A DNA stretch of 53,160 bases, filler included, from Sluysia triapertura (GCA_046118255.1; 4 parts of 4 records of this genome joined end to end with filler, not necessarily neighbours in it); one strand, 5' to 3'; counted from the whole stretch's first letter, positions 1 to 12,469 are shown. Notes: generated by a model from the sequence alone, not told the origin. Numbers and translations: made by a program.

Positions 1-51
1 CAAAATAACGGATGAATATTCGTGTACCTATCCTGGTATTGTTTGTAAATA

Positions 52-77
52 CACGGGCCGCCACTTTGACACCACTG
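52..77 (-). mobile_element. hAT/Charlie-like DNA transposon terminal inverted repeat (one end only)
   Basis: Reverse complement reads CAGTGGTGTCAAAGTGGCGGCCCGTG, resembling hAT-Charlie termini (CAGGGGTGTCCAAAC..CGGCCCG). It is flanked by TTCTATGT, similar to the NTCTAGAN target. The partner TIR is not in the window. Confidence 0.5.
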
Positions 78-942
78 TTCTATGTATTAGCCAATTAACT
101 AAGTGAGTACATGCGTACTATATATTTGTTGGTGAGTATTAAGAGAATGCGTACACGTACCTTTTATGGTGCCAAAAGTGTGAGTAGATACTCTTTGCTT
201 TTGCGAATTCTTTTAAAATCATTATTATCATGTTATTATTGTTATTATATTTTGTATTATTATTTTTACTGTATTATTAAAATTATAATTATTATTGTTA
301 TTATATTATTTAATAATAATATTATTACTTTATTTACATATTATTATAAATATTTCCTTGACGTTAGCTTAAGATCCTGACAACGACTTCAACCGATCTA
401 GAATCTTTGTAGATTGTGTTGCTTAGTATTCGTATCAAACACTAAAATATTATTTACAAAACACGTACACTCATCCTTGTTTTTTTAAAGTACTTCTACT
501 TCTAGTACTATTATTTGAGTAGATAAAGGGTTATTGTGCCAGTTCTAGACCGGTTAATGGTAAGCTCATTAAACATGTTTTAACATTACTCTAATATCTC
601 TCTGTCATTCAATTTTTCTATTTTGTTTTAATAATAAAAGTGCCATTTTTATTAAAATTATTTTCTATTTAAATTATTTTTTTTAATTTATTGTCGAAAT
701 ATCATTATTTTCTCCCTATGTAACTCATAAAATAATGTAACATTAAAAGAAAGAAATCATTTAATTACTCTTTTACTAATGTAAAACATTAAATATTGAT
801 TAATATGTTATGCACATTATCTAGAAATTAAGAACAAAAAGTTCAATGTTTCATGTAGTAGTATTGATAATACTTTGATAATAATAATTAATAAATATCA
901 ACAATATTTGTTAGTTTTCATTTCAATAAAATAATTCGAACA

Positions 943-1629
943 ATGAGTCTAAGTGAAATTCAACCGACATTTTGGAAATGTACTATTAAATTACCTGGTT
1001 ATAAGAAAGAAAATATAACAGCAAAATTAAAGATTGATGCAAACGAATATTCTTTAATTAAACTGTCAGCTATTGATGATAATCAAAGTGAAAAAGTAAA
1101 ATATATACGCCTTCCAAATAATGTGGTATTAGACCAACTTCATCTATTAGTATCTGATGAAATGGCAATTATTAAAGCACCTTACAAAGTAAATGCTGCG
1201 CATAACAATACAAATTTATCTGCTCAACAAAGTGAAGAAAATATTGAACGTTGGAATAATTTATGGAAAGAATTAGATAGAATCAACAATAAATTAATAA
1301 CATGGCATAATTCAGATAGCGGTTCATTACCTAAAATAGAATATATTCAATCGGATGACAATGGTATTGTTTGGAGAGTCAAAATTTTTATGAATCCTAT
1401 TTTTCAAATTGAAGATATTGAAGTATTAAAATGTGATGAAAGTATTTCTATAAATGCTAAAAGAGATGTGTTTAATAAATGGGGTTGTAGCTCTAAAGTA
1501 TTGTCTGAAAATATATATTTGCCAGATAATGTGGATTCGAATATTATAAGTTGTCGTTTAGAAAGTGGTGGAATATTGATTATAGAAGCACCTGTAACGT
1601 TTGCTGAAAAGCGACTGAGAAGGAAATAA
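943..1629 (+). CDS. Small heat-shock protein with two alpha-crystallin domains (p40/Tsp36-like), 228 aa, intronless
   Basis: Two HSP20-like repeats (..IRLPNNVVLDQL..AIIKAPY and ..IYLPDNVDSNIISCRLESGGILIIEAP). Colinear with the paralog at 10288-11040. AATAAA downstream. Confidence 0.85.
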   Translation: MSLSEIQPTFWKCTIKLPGYKKENITAKLKIDANEYSLIKLSAIDDNQSEKVKYIRLPNNVVLDQLHLLVSDEMAIIKAPYKVNAAHNNTNLSAQQSEENIERWNNLWKELDRINNKLITWHNSDSGSLPKIEYIQSDDNGIVWRVKIFMNPIFQIEDIEVLKCDESISINAKRDVFNKWGCSSKVLSENIYLPDNVDSNIISCRLESGGILIIEAPVTFAEKRLRRK

Positions 1630-2705
1630 AATAATATTAGAATTATTATTCTTACTGTTTATACAATCATTAATAAAGAATTTGTTTTACCTTACTCATA
1701 AAAAATAATGAATGTAACATAATATTTTATTTTTATATCGGCGCCCCGGGGTAGTCACCCCTTTATCCGACGTTGATTAATTCGTTAATAAATAAATCAA
1801 AATAATTAATGTAAACAAAGATTAAAATAAATGAAAGTGTACATTAAGATACAATTTTGTTAATTATTAATTCAAAATTTAAAAGAATCAGAAAATAAAA
1901 ATCATTTAAATATAATTTGGAGCAATTCTTTGTCATTTACATCGAAAATATTTTTGATATCGATTTAACTCAACCTACCAAACTGTTTGAAACTCAACAG
2001 TTCCATCAAGATCTTTATTTAAAGAAGTATGACATTAATCAATATCTTTTAGTTTTTATTTAAGTAATTAAAGTCGATTTTAATGGTCAATTAATCAGAA
2101 AATTGAGTTGTGTTTCACCACAACATGTGTTACGATCTGTTATAACTTAATCTGACGACTAACCAAAAATAATTTATAAATTATGTTCATGATGGTTCCA
2201 TGGTTACCACGGTTATACCTGTGGTAACTCAATTCTGCGACAGCACCATCACATAATAAACCTGTAACTCATAACATATTTAACAAAATTCGTAATTTTA
2301 ATCACACATTCTTAGATCATTAATTAGTTCTTACATCCAGTATCTTACAACTTTTATCATTTCAAACCATTTAATAAAAACGTTACAAAATCAAACATTT
2401 TATATTTCATAGAATCTTATATTGAAATTCACTTCGACATCACACCTTAGAAAATCATCGAATAGTCTTTTTTATTCATATCATTTTTTAAAAATAACAA
2501 TCTTGAAGCATTCTTTAAAATTTATTTCTTTAATTTATTTACTTTTATTTATTTTTTCTTCTTTGAAAATTAATACAATCTACGATTTATATCTGATCGA
2601 AGACTTAGCTGTTTATTTAGAGGGCCTCCTTGTCAATAATTGCTAATGCGACTAACTAGATATCAATTTTATTGTAATAAAAGTAAAGTACACAAATAAA
2701 TTTAT

Positions 2706-3213
2706 TGTTACTATCAAATTATATCAAAAAGAGATATTAAATAGCTAGTTAAATATGTATACAAGGTGCAAGGTCAACTACAGTTTTTCTCAGTAAGATA
2801 ATTAATAACAATTTAAGGTATTACAGGTTAGTCAATTTTAGTCAAGATTTTAAAATTGTATTTACCAAATTTTTTGAAATATATCGAAATATGCGTGTAT
2901 CTTTCTCACAATTAAATAAATTCTTCGCTGCCAGTATAAAGTAATATTTTGTTATTGTATTAGTAAAATTCACTTACTGCTTTTTGCACAAAACTGCTAA
3001 GGCTAAAGAAAAAGAAATTCCAAAAGTAATAAAAACTTCAAAATAATTTTTTAATAAAATTTTTGAAATAAAAATTTATAATTTATTAAAAACAAAATTT
3101 TATTTTATTTAATGTTTTAAAATAATTTTAATTATTTTTTAATAATTTTATCTATAAAATATTTACAATTTCTTAAGAATATTCAATGTTCGACATAAAT
3201 TTTATTCCTAAAA
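2706..3213 (-). mobile_element. Putative 3' LTR of orphan-ORF LTR element, copy A
   Basis: Follows the PPT at 3214-3246 and ends ..GATAGTAACA. Contains a GTAAGT donor near 2977 and short blocks (TTTAAAATCTT; TTAAATTGTT.TTAATTA.TC) shared with 39361-39878. Boundaries are approximate. Confidence 0.4.
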
Positions 3214-3246
3214 ATACTTCCACGTTAGGAAAGATTTGTCCTCAAA
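3214..3246 (-). mobile_element. Ty3/gypsy-type 3' terminal motif / polypurine tract (degenerate), copy A
   Basis: Minus strand TTTGAGGACAAATCTTTCCTAACGTGGAAGTAT aligns with TTCGAGGACGAATTTTCCTGAAAGGGAAAGTAA(TGT) at 41485-41520. Confidence 0.6.
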
Positions 3247-3349
3247 ACAGAATTACAAAAAGAAAATGAGAGCATGTCAAGTGTCATAGTCCTCTTCGCA
3301 CTCTAGACCCATCATGACGTTGGATGACTGACTGCCAATGCCTTTACGT

Positions 3350-5748
3350 AGCTTGTTCAAAGAGAGAACTGTAACCGCGACTGATATCGACGTGTTTGTA
3401 TTCCCATTTGTCGTGTATTCTCAGCCAGACATGTAACAGAGCTGGAAGGTGTAGCAGTAGATGAGGAAAAAGAATAAAGTAAAGGAAGTAGTAATAAACA
3501 ATTTGGTAAAAACGTCCTACTTTGTTGCTAATAAGATCGTATAGCGTAACCATTTCTGTGGCAAATCGAGCACACGTCATTTAATAGTTTATGTAAAAGA
3601 AATGAGGTTAGGTTTGATAGATTAATAATCCAACACAGTCATAAGGAAGGTAAATCAATTTTATCTATTACGAGCCATGGATGAAGCGAGATCAGTATCT
3701 TGTCATGCATGTTTCCAAGAAAATACTGGCGGATGTCACCAGTATCGCATGGCTTTACTATATCATTCGGTATAAAAAGATCTTTTAAAAAAATTTAATG
3801 CTGTAAAGGTATTTGTATTTCATAAATTTCATAAATTATTTTTAATGTATTTAAAATATATTTTTATGTGTTAAGAATAAATTTAAAAAAATAAAAAATT
3901 TATAAGTGAAATTACCATTAAATATTTATTAAAATATAATTATTATTATTTATAAAATTATTAAATAATAATATATTATTATTAATATTGTAAAAAATAA
4001 AATTATTAAATTATTAAATACTATTATTATTATTAAAAGTTTGTTTAAATTCATGTTTAGGACGTAAAACATTCTATAAATAGAGTTTTCAAAATTTAAA
4101 AAACTCAATGGTTTAAAATTTAGGAAACAGTTACAGTTGTTTCAGTTTAAAAAACGCAGTCATTATTTATTTTAAAGAAAATAGTTATAACAGTTATTAT
4201 TTGCTTCAAAGAAGAATTCTGTCGTGATAGCTAAAATTTAAGGAATAAAAGAAGAATGTTTCGTTTGATTGAAATTTATTTAAAGCGATTATTAATTTTG
4301 TAATCGTTAGTTTTCTTTTATTAGGAAAAATTTAATTATATAATAAATTATACTTAAATTTAATTAAATTTTGGTAGAATTTAATACAATATAAATTATA
4401 AAAAGAAAAATTTTATACCTAAATATTAATTATAGATTAATATTGATTAAGTTTTTAATTTTAATTGAATATATTGATGGAATATTTAACATTATTAATA
4501 TTAACATTTTGTGACATTAAATTTTTGTAATGTAGGAATACAAAGTAATATAATAATACAGTTTTTATAAATAAATCTTCTTGTAATATCATTTCATTTT
4601 ATTATAATCAATTATACTATCAATTTATTATCATTTACATTATAGATCCTTTAACATCTTTTGATTTTATTGTAATCAGTTATACTATTAACGTTTACTT
4701 TGTAATTTTTAATATCCTTTGATTAAATGTACTATCAATGTTTGTCTTGTGGTTATTTCTTATCATTAAAATAATAATAATTGTTGGACCTAAATAAGAA
4801 GTTACATAAAACCAATCACATATATATCTACCTCCAGTTTTAATGTCTTTTCTTGACGTTGCAAATCTATGTGCTGGCCCCTCAGTGAGTAAGTCCAGTA
4901 TCATAGAGAATTCAAGAGCAAAAAAATAAACTAAGTAAAATAAAATCATCATTATTTTCTTACCGCAAAATTTCCACAATGCGCATGCGCATATGAATCT
5001 TGACTTCCGTGTGGTGTTGCTTACTATATGAAGTACTCACAAGAGGAATAATTTGCAGTTTCTTCTTGAAATCGAGGGTATGGTGGAACTCAATCAAGAT
5101 TAAACGATCCTCATCGTTGATCGAAAGAGGTGGCTCATGAGTATAAGAAGTATCTGTTGTACACCTTCCCAAATTGGCCCTATCTTTCTCGCATAAGTTT
5201 GGCAGGAAGGAAGAAGGAGGTGATACTTAAAAAGTGACTGAGCAGAATATACCTTGGCGGAATAAAGGGGGCCAGGGAGGGGAATGTCCCCTGGGAAGCA
5301 AAATTGATTCTAGAAAAATGGAAAAAGAAATAAATGTATAGTCAAGTATAGTGCTTTGTGACCATTCGTGGTAGTCGAGATCGAGGTCTTTCCCTGAGAA
5401 TATAACACTGAGAATATAACTCTTCACAATATGAAGAGTTGTGAACACGAGTACTCTTATGCTTAAAGGTGTCTTATTCCCCTCCAGAGTTACCTTATAG
5501 GCTTATCTTGCCACGGCAATATAAAGGGTCGTCAATAAATCTATTAACAGAAATTTCAAGTTTTTCCGGGGTTAACGAAAAAATGTGGATTGTTACGTTA
5601 ATCTCCAGTTCACTTTTCAATTTATTATCTGTTACGAGAGAAATATGACAAAATGTAGGAGTGGCTTCTCATCACAAAATCGATCGTCAGAAATATAGAA
5701 AGTTTTGAGTTGGTCGATAATTATGGCTTGTGGTGAAGACATAGCCAT
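3350..5748 (-). pseudogene. Decayed orphan ORF of LTR element, copy A (split by a ~1.2 kb insertion at 3768-4965)
   Basis: Translated pieces MAMSSPQAIIIDQLKTF, TDNKLKSELEINVTIHIFSL, AYKVTLEGNKTPL, SYTHEPPLSINDEDRL..TSYSKQHHTE, DTGDIRQYFLGNMHDKILISL..IINLSN and MTCARFATEMVTLYDLI align in order with the 40081-41389 ORF. Multiple stops and frameshifts. Confidence 0.75.
3768..4965. mobile_element. Unclassified insertion interrupting the copy-A ORF
   Basis: Homologous coding sequence resumes on both sides. Termini are imperfect inverted repeats (CGGTATAAAAAG / CGGTAAGAAAAT). No in-frame AG acceptor found, so it is not a clean intron. No TSD seen. Confidence 0.45.
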
Positions 5749-5769
5749 CACGTAATCAAATAAATTTTC

Positions 5770-6190
5770 ATAAGTTTATTCTTGCGCCATTTTGATATTC
5801 TTACATAGTCACCAACTTTTTATTTGGGTTGATATTGCCACATTTCTATATATTTAGTACAATTAATATCTCTAGGTTTACATTCATCAAGTTCTGGGTG
5901 TTTATTATAATTGCACGTATCAATTATACTAGGTAGTATCTTAATTCTTTTTTATTATCTTGTTTTGTAAAATATTTTTTAATCTGTTTTTGATGGTTCA
6001 ACAAATACTATTTTAAATGGACTGAATAATGATTAAGTCCATACTTTTTTTGCATCTTTATTGTAAACCATTTACTTAAATCAGTTTGAAATTTTGTGTT
6101 TGTCGTTTTTAATTAATTTCGATACTGCTTCATTCATATCTTTACCACTCTTTGATTTAACTGATACTGCTCTTGCAAATCAGATGCCAT
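5770..6190 (-). pseudogene. Polinton/Maverick-type rve integrase relic
   Basis: Frameshifted translation FARAVSVKSKSGKDM..KFQTD..YNKD..KKYGLNHYS..KKYFT..ILPSII..KPRDI..PK*KVGDYVRISK matches the motif order of Polinton integrases. Confidence 0.65.
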
Positions 6191-6240
6191 ATTTAATTTG
6201 CACTTCCTTTTTCATATTTACTTAATGAAAATCTCCGTCT

Positions 6241-7410
6241 TGTTGAGATTAGTGAAGGTTAATGGCAAACATAAGGGTCAGGACTCAGGATAATAAAATA
6301 AAATAAACATCATTGAAGAATTAAGAAAAGGTATTATGTTGAATTGTAATGGCAAAATAAGCATATAAAATACGTAAATCAAAACAAAAGAATGAGAAAT
6401 ACGAAGAAATAACCCTTTAAAAGGTTTTATTTACTTTTGTTAATTAAGTTAATTAAAATTTGTTTAATTTGATAAGTCAATAAAAATGTTTGCTCATGAC
6501 ATGATATTAGATTTAGTATTTTTAATGATGAAGTATTACGAAGCATGTCGACGTAGAAAAGCTAAAAATTAGTTACTTTAATTAGTTTTCATAATTTAAA
6601 ATGAAAGTTAAATATGTTCCGATGTCCAAGTATATATCAAATTAATGCTCATAACGATACTAATTCAAATATATTATTGAACTTAACGTGCATCAACGTA
6701 CAGTTGATGCACAAAGCATGAGAAGTGAATTTATCATTACATTAATTTTATTTTTAAATTAAGTTGACAAATTGTGTTATGAATATAATAACAATTTAAT
6801 AACTTTTAATATAATATAAATTTTAATTAGATGATATTGAAAAAATAAGGGGATTGTTTACCATAAATCCCATTATCTTTAGATAATTAAAATGATAATG
6901 AAGTTGAACAAGGACGGAAATTGCTGTCGAAATTCAATCATTAAATTTGGTCGGCTTATTACCGACTAAAAGAGAATAGGCGGCATTAATTTCTGCCTTG
7001 CTCAATTTCTAATTTTTAATTTCCCAAATCGTCATAAATCTGCTATAAAAGTAGTTATATTTTTGCAAAAAATTAGATATAAAAAACGACGTGAAATAAA
7101 AGAAAAATTTCTAGCTATATGGACGCTGTTTCAGTTCATCAGTGGGTAACTGTGAAACTGTAGTTATTTCTTTAGCAATCAACTAAAATAAAATATTTTA
7201 GTATAAAATAAGAGCAAGGGCTATTATTGATTATATTTTGTACTAATACTAAATAATTAAAGAATAATTTGCATTGTTATTGTTATAAAGAATAATTTAT
7301 AATGCTGTTACCAATAATATTTTAGTTGCAATCTTGTGATAATATAAAGAATATATCGAGATTTGAATTTATTGATAATTTGAAAAATAAAAAGTATAAA
7401 ATACGTAACA
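6241..7410 (+). mobile_element. LTR family B, copy 1 (probable solo LTR)
   Basis: TGTTG...TAACA termini, TATA-like CTATAAAAG near 7043 and AATAAA near the end. Long reverse-complement homology with 35250-36290 and 12470-13820. No clean TSD. Confidence 0.6.
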
Positions 7411-10287
7411 TATTTAAAAAGATGAAAATAATTTTAATCTAGAGACAAAACAAAAACACAACATATTACTTTTCTAAAGAGGTAAATAAATAAATTATTC
7501 ATTTCAAGTTTTATAGTTTTAGGATCTTTTAAATAACATTAAATATTTAACATAAACTGCATTTTTTTGCATATATTATCTATTTAAATTTATCAAAAAA
7601 ATTTGGTTATATTGGTATTTATTTAAAACTTCTGCGTACTTATTCATGTGACTAAGGTACTGTAATGTTAATATATAAAAGTACAAATGCTGATCTTTAG
7701 TTGGAAGAAAATGTGACCTAATTTTATAAAATAATTTGACATCATATTGACTCGATTGCATCCGTTAATATTTTACTAACTTAACTGTCGAAATTGCTTT
7801 TTCTGTTCCTCAAATTAGCTTTAATCGATTTTGTAATATCATTTCACGCTCGTAATTTTCCAAATTTTTTACCTACTACGTCAACAATAATCAATTTCAT
7901 TATTATGTTTTGGTAAATCATTGATTTCTAGGTCATGATCTTTAAATAGTTCATGTTTTTCACCTTAAGAGGGTATGGAACCCTGTGACACCATTTATTT
8001 TGTAGTTTAATTGATATTAATATTATAAATAAGTTTTAAATGATTAATGTATGAAATAAAATTGTTATAAAATTCTAATTTAATTATGACAAGGTTTCTA
8101 TAGATCAATCTATTTAGTTCATATATGTTCTTACATGTATCTTCTTATTAAGTAGATGGCATTAAAAAGTGATGTACGGACACATACTGGAACTAATTAG
8201 ATGTGGATGGCCGGTACTTGCAGAAATTGCTGTTTGAAGAGGTTCACTGAACAAACTTGCGATATATATTGACTCATGAATACTGCTTATAAAATTTGTT
8301 GTAATTACATCTATAAATTGATCAGGCAGAATTAATGATAAGGTTTCGTCTGATGCACTGTTAATATCTGATATTAAATAATCTGACGAGTTTGAATAAG
8401 CATATATTAATTTTGATTCACTGTTCATAGTCAAATATTCTTTTAGAAATTTATAAAGCTAATAATGATATTGTCGTTTGCTGTATTAACTTTAAATTTA
8501 GTTTTATTACATCGTTCTTCATCTACATCATGTCTACGATTGTTTGTCTAAACTAATTCAATTTACTTCAATGTCATTTAGCGAACATATCTTTTATTGC
8601 ATTAATTCTAAGAAAAATATTGTCTAAATCATTTTTTAATTCAATCAAAGCAGATAAACAATTCTTTAAAGCATAAGAAATGGCTTCATACCTACTACTA
8701 GATAATTTATTAACTGTATTCAGCATATTATTCGTTTTTGTAAGTCGATTGAGCGTTGTTCATGACTAAGGCATTGATCAATGTGATTAATAGAATTTGA
8801 CACTAATTTTATTAAAATATTCTACCTAAATTCGTTTGATAGAAAAAGAGCAAGTTGCCAATGCTTATTTTGGTACAATTTGAATTAATTGTTTTTAAAA
8901 TGGTAAATGTATTAATTGAATTGAGGACTAACAACAATTGCGGTTGTTTTCATTAGTTGGCCAATAAAGAGCAAGCAATATTGTCGCCAACTAAAATTTT
9001 TAATTTTAGAAATTTTGGCTGACAATGTGATTGTCTGTTAATTGTTGACAGAAATTAAATTGAAAACTGTCAAGCTTGACAGTGCAAATGATTTAATAAT
9101 AGTGACGACTACTGCAACAGGATATAATAATTGACAATGCAAATACTAATAATAATAATGGAATAAAAATAATAATAAAATAAAATGACATTAATAATAA
9201 TAATATTGTATAAATTTCTTCTTTTTTGAGATATGTTCTCTCTTTAAATATTTCTTTATCTTAAAAATTTCTTTGTTCTTTTCTTTAAAATTTAATTCCC
9301 TTTCATTATTCTTAAAATAATATAAGCTTCTCAGGTTATGCTGATAAATATTTGTTATTCCCTTCCGTTTATTTCGTATATTTACGGGATAACTAAAACT
9401 GACCAGAGCATGAAATCTCGTATATATACGATATAAAACGACGTGTGAAATATCTTTATACACTACTTTTGTTATTATTTAATATTACATTGTATGTTTT
9501 ATTATCATGTTTGTCTGGTTTTATTTGTTTTTCTATAAGAAAAACATTGTCTTCGCATTTTAGAAAAGTAGCCAGTTTTCGACCATAAACTTGAAAAATA
9601 AATGAACAGGGAAGGGGTTATAGAAGAGCTGTGTATAATAGGAAGTTAATATTTTGAAATTTAAAATGTAAATTTACTTATTTTTGATGTTGTAGAATTA
9701 TAAACTTAAGTATATGAAAATTTTGAATGTTAAACAATTTTTAAATCACGTACTACTCATTTCCTTTTCAAATTCCTAGCAATCTTACATAAATAAACCT
9801 TAGTAAATTATTCATTAAGTATAGATTATATGAAAGCTATTAAATGATTCAGGAATATAACTTAACTTGGAAATTTAATTCACACAATTGTTATTTGTGT
9901 ACCAATATCTTGATGCTTGGTGCACGATTTACAAGAGATTAGTGATTTCCATATGTGCAATACAAAATGAATTTACTGAATTATACTCTCATTTACTTAA
10001 AATTACAACACATTCAAACTCCTAAACGAACCATAAATTATAATTATTATTATGGCCTAATTATGCACCACGTAATTGAAAGTCTGAAACAGTGAAAGAT
10101 ACTAATAAATAAAAAGTAATAAAAGTCAAATTTAACTAACAAATACTTTAAAAAAATTTAAGCTATTACACAAAATTTGAAATAGACTCTAAAAACTTAA
10201 AATATATTTTTATCATTTACTTTATGAACAACAATTAATGCGTATATTAAACATTACGTAAAAAATGTGCCAATTAATTTGCTTCAC

Positions 10288-11040
10288 TCAGCTACTTTCG
10301 ATAGGAATGGGTCTTCCAACAGTCAAATCATGAAGAGCTACTTTCACAGCTGGCGCTTCTATATACAATCGACCTCCACGAATATTGCATTTAAGTTTAT
10401 CCTGTTCTACTCCTTCTGGAATAGACACTACTTCGTGCAAAGTTCGTATGCTTCTACCGTGATCGGTATTTATTTCTTTTTTACCATCTACATAAATCAT
10501 ATTATCTTTGGTTCGTACCTGAATATTGTCACTATCAAAACATTTACCTATATTCATATAAACTTTCCATTTTCCTTTATCACCTTCATCTTGAATAAAT
10601 TCTGTTCTTGGTAGACGAACATGGTCTTGATTCATTACATGATTCATATATTGGTTCATTCTTTCCATCTCATTCCATATGCCATTCCAATCGTCAGTTC
10701 GTTGTAGTATAAATGGATTAAAAAACTCCGAACGAACACTTTTATAATTGGCTTCAAATTCAATTCCATGTTTAGTAAAAGAGTGACTTAAAGTATTAAC
10801 ATCGACATTCTGAGGCACATTAACGACTTTCTTAGTTTCACTAAAACATTCATCACTTTCTACTTTTTTGGCATGAATGATTATTTTAGTTTCATCTGCA
10901 GTTTTCTTTATATCAATTTTGATATCTTCAGCTCCGAAATCATAAAGTGTCACAAAATGCTTCCATTTCTCTCCTTGTTCTAAACCATGAAATGGTTGCA
11001 AAAAATTATCGTCCATAAATGGAACTAAATTACCAAACAT
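10288..11040 (-). CDS. Small heat-shock protein with two alpha-crystallin domains (p40/Tsp36-like), 250 aa, intronless
   Basis: Two ACDs (..VNVPQNVDVNTL..; ..FDSDNIQVRTKDNMIYVDGKK..VSIPEGVEQDKLKCNIRGGRLYIEAP) and a C-terminal IXI motif (PIPIE). Confidence 0.9.
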   Translation of the reverse strand: MFGNLVPFMDDNFLQPFHGLEQGEKWKHFVTLYDFGAEDIKIDIKKTADETKIIIHAKKVESDECFSETKKVVNVPQNVDVNTLSHSFTKHGIEFEANYKSVRSEFFNPFILQRTDDWNGIWNEMERMNQYMNHVMNQDHVRLPRTEFIQDEGDKGKWKVYMNIGKCFDSDNIQVRTKDNMIYVDGKKEINTDHGRSIRTLHEVVSIPEGVEQDKLKCNIRGGRLYIEAPAVKVALHDLTVGRPIPIESS

Positions 11041-11082
11041 TATTAAAATTACATAAAATAATAAATGATAGAGTCACAGTAT

Positions 11083-11131
11083 CTATATATAGAGTTAATG
11101 AATAATTGAAACAAAAATTACTAGAAAAATC
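11083..11131 (-). promoter_or_regulatory. TATA box plus degenerate heat-shock element upstream of sHSP
   Basis: CTATATATAG at 11083-11092, about 45 nt before the ATG. GATttTTCtaGTAatTTT (11114-11131) is in nGAAn register with mismatches. Weak given the AT background. Confidence 0.35.
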
Positions 11132-12469
11132 CTGCACATATAGAAAGTAAAAAAACAATAATTTTGAATTAATTTTGTTAAATTGTGCTTTATGTTTATG
11201 AAAATTAATTAAATCGAATATTTAATATTTTGTTATTAGATATTTTACATGATATAATCGGTTATAGATTTAAGATATGCAGACTATCATAGGTTTGGTA
11301 TTTAGAAAATTAAACATGTTAGAATAAATTTAAGATATTTTATGATTATGGAAATTTATGATTATTCTAACTTGTTTTAACATTATTTATTAAATTAGTT
11401 TTGTTTTGTAATATGATGTAAAATATTTGTTAATGATTATTTCAAAATAATGTTAAAGTTATTAACTTCACAATAATAAAAAAATAACAATCGCTTTTAT
11501 TATTAAAATAAAAACATTAAATTAGTTAATTAAAAAAACTTAAGAATTAAATGCAAATCAAAATTAAAATAAGACATAATTCAATAATAACATAAAATAT
11601 TAAGTATAAAAATTAAATTTACCTCACCATTATGATATAAATAATTTAATTGTTAATAGTTTAAAGTAAAATAGTTTAAATATAGTCAGGGAATATACAA
11701 GTATTTGCTTAAAACATATTTCAGATATGTTTTAACTAAAAGGACTTACAGATGAAATCATATGACAGGTCTGGATCTAAAATTAAATTACTAATAAAAA
11801 TTTAAATTAATAATAAAAATTAAACTAAAAATTAATTTGTTAAAAATAAAAATTAATTTAATATTGAAAATTAAATTAATAATAAAAATTAATTCAATTC
11901 TAAAAGTAATTTAGAAATTAAATTAATTAATAATAGTAATAATTTAATAAAAATAATTATAGAAATAAATAAAATTAATAATATAAATAATAATAATTAT
12001 TATAAAATTAATAAAATATTTAATAATAGTTAATGTAATTAGTGATAATATTATTGTAAAGTAAATAATAATATTAATATTTGTATATGGATTGACTGGC
12101 CCTCTTGCCGCGCACCTGTGCAATTCGATGTTCTGACCATTAATAACAATAATTAATTAATTAATTAAAATAAAAAATAATATTAATAAGTAATGATAAT
12201 AATAATAATAAAAATAAAACAAATTACTTGTACTTTAACATTTTACCTAAATATAAAATAATTAATTATGCATATTTGAACAGATGGTTAACCTCGGATT
12301 TATATTATCTAAAATTTTATCAATATTTTATCTAAAATAAACAAATTAATAATACATAACTATATAAACTTACTCATGACAAAAGATTGGAATCATATAT
12401 AAAGAAAAACAAAAAAGATAAATCAAACACGGAACTATCTAAAACTTTTTAATGCAATTATTATAGTTG

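Noticed and set aside
111-380. Short I/Y/L/F-rich ORFs throughout the ORF track
   Set aside because: Translations of AT-rich low-complexity DNA with no homology or splice support.
6525-6552. Minimal hammerhead-like TGATGA..CGAAGCATGTC in LTR family B
   Set aside because: All three copies have GAAG instead of GAAA, and no stem I forms.
7576-8900. Coding-like minus-strand fragments (also 20100-21450 and 23100-24240)
   Set aside because: Probably old TE ORFs, but no diagnostic motif could be supported.
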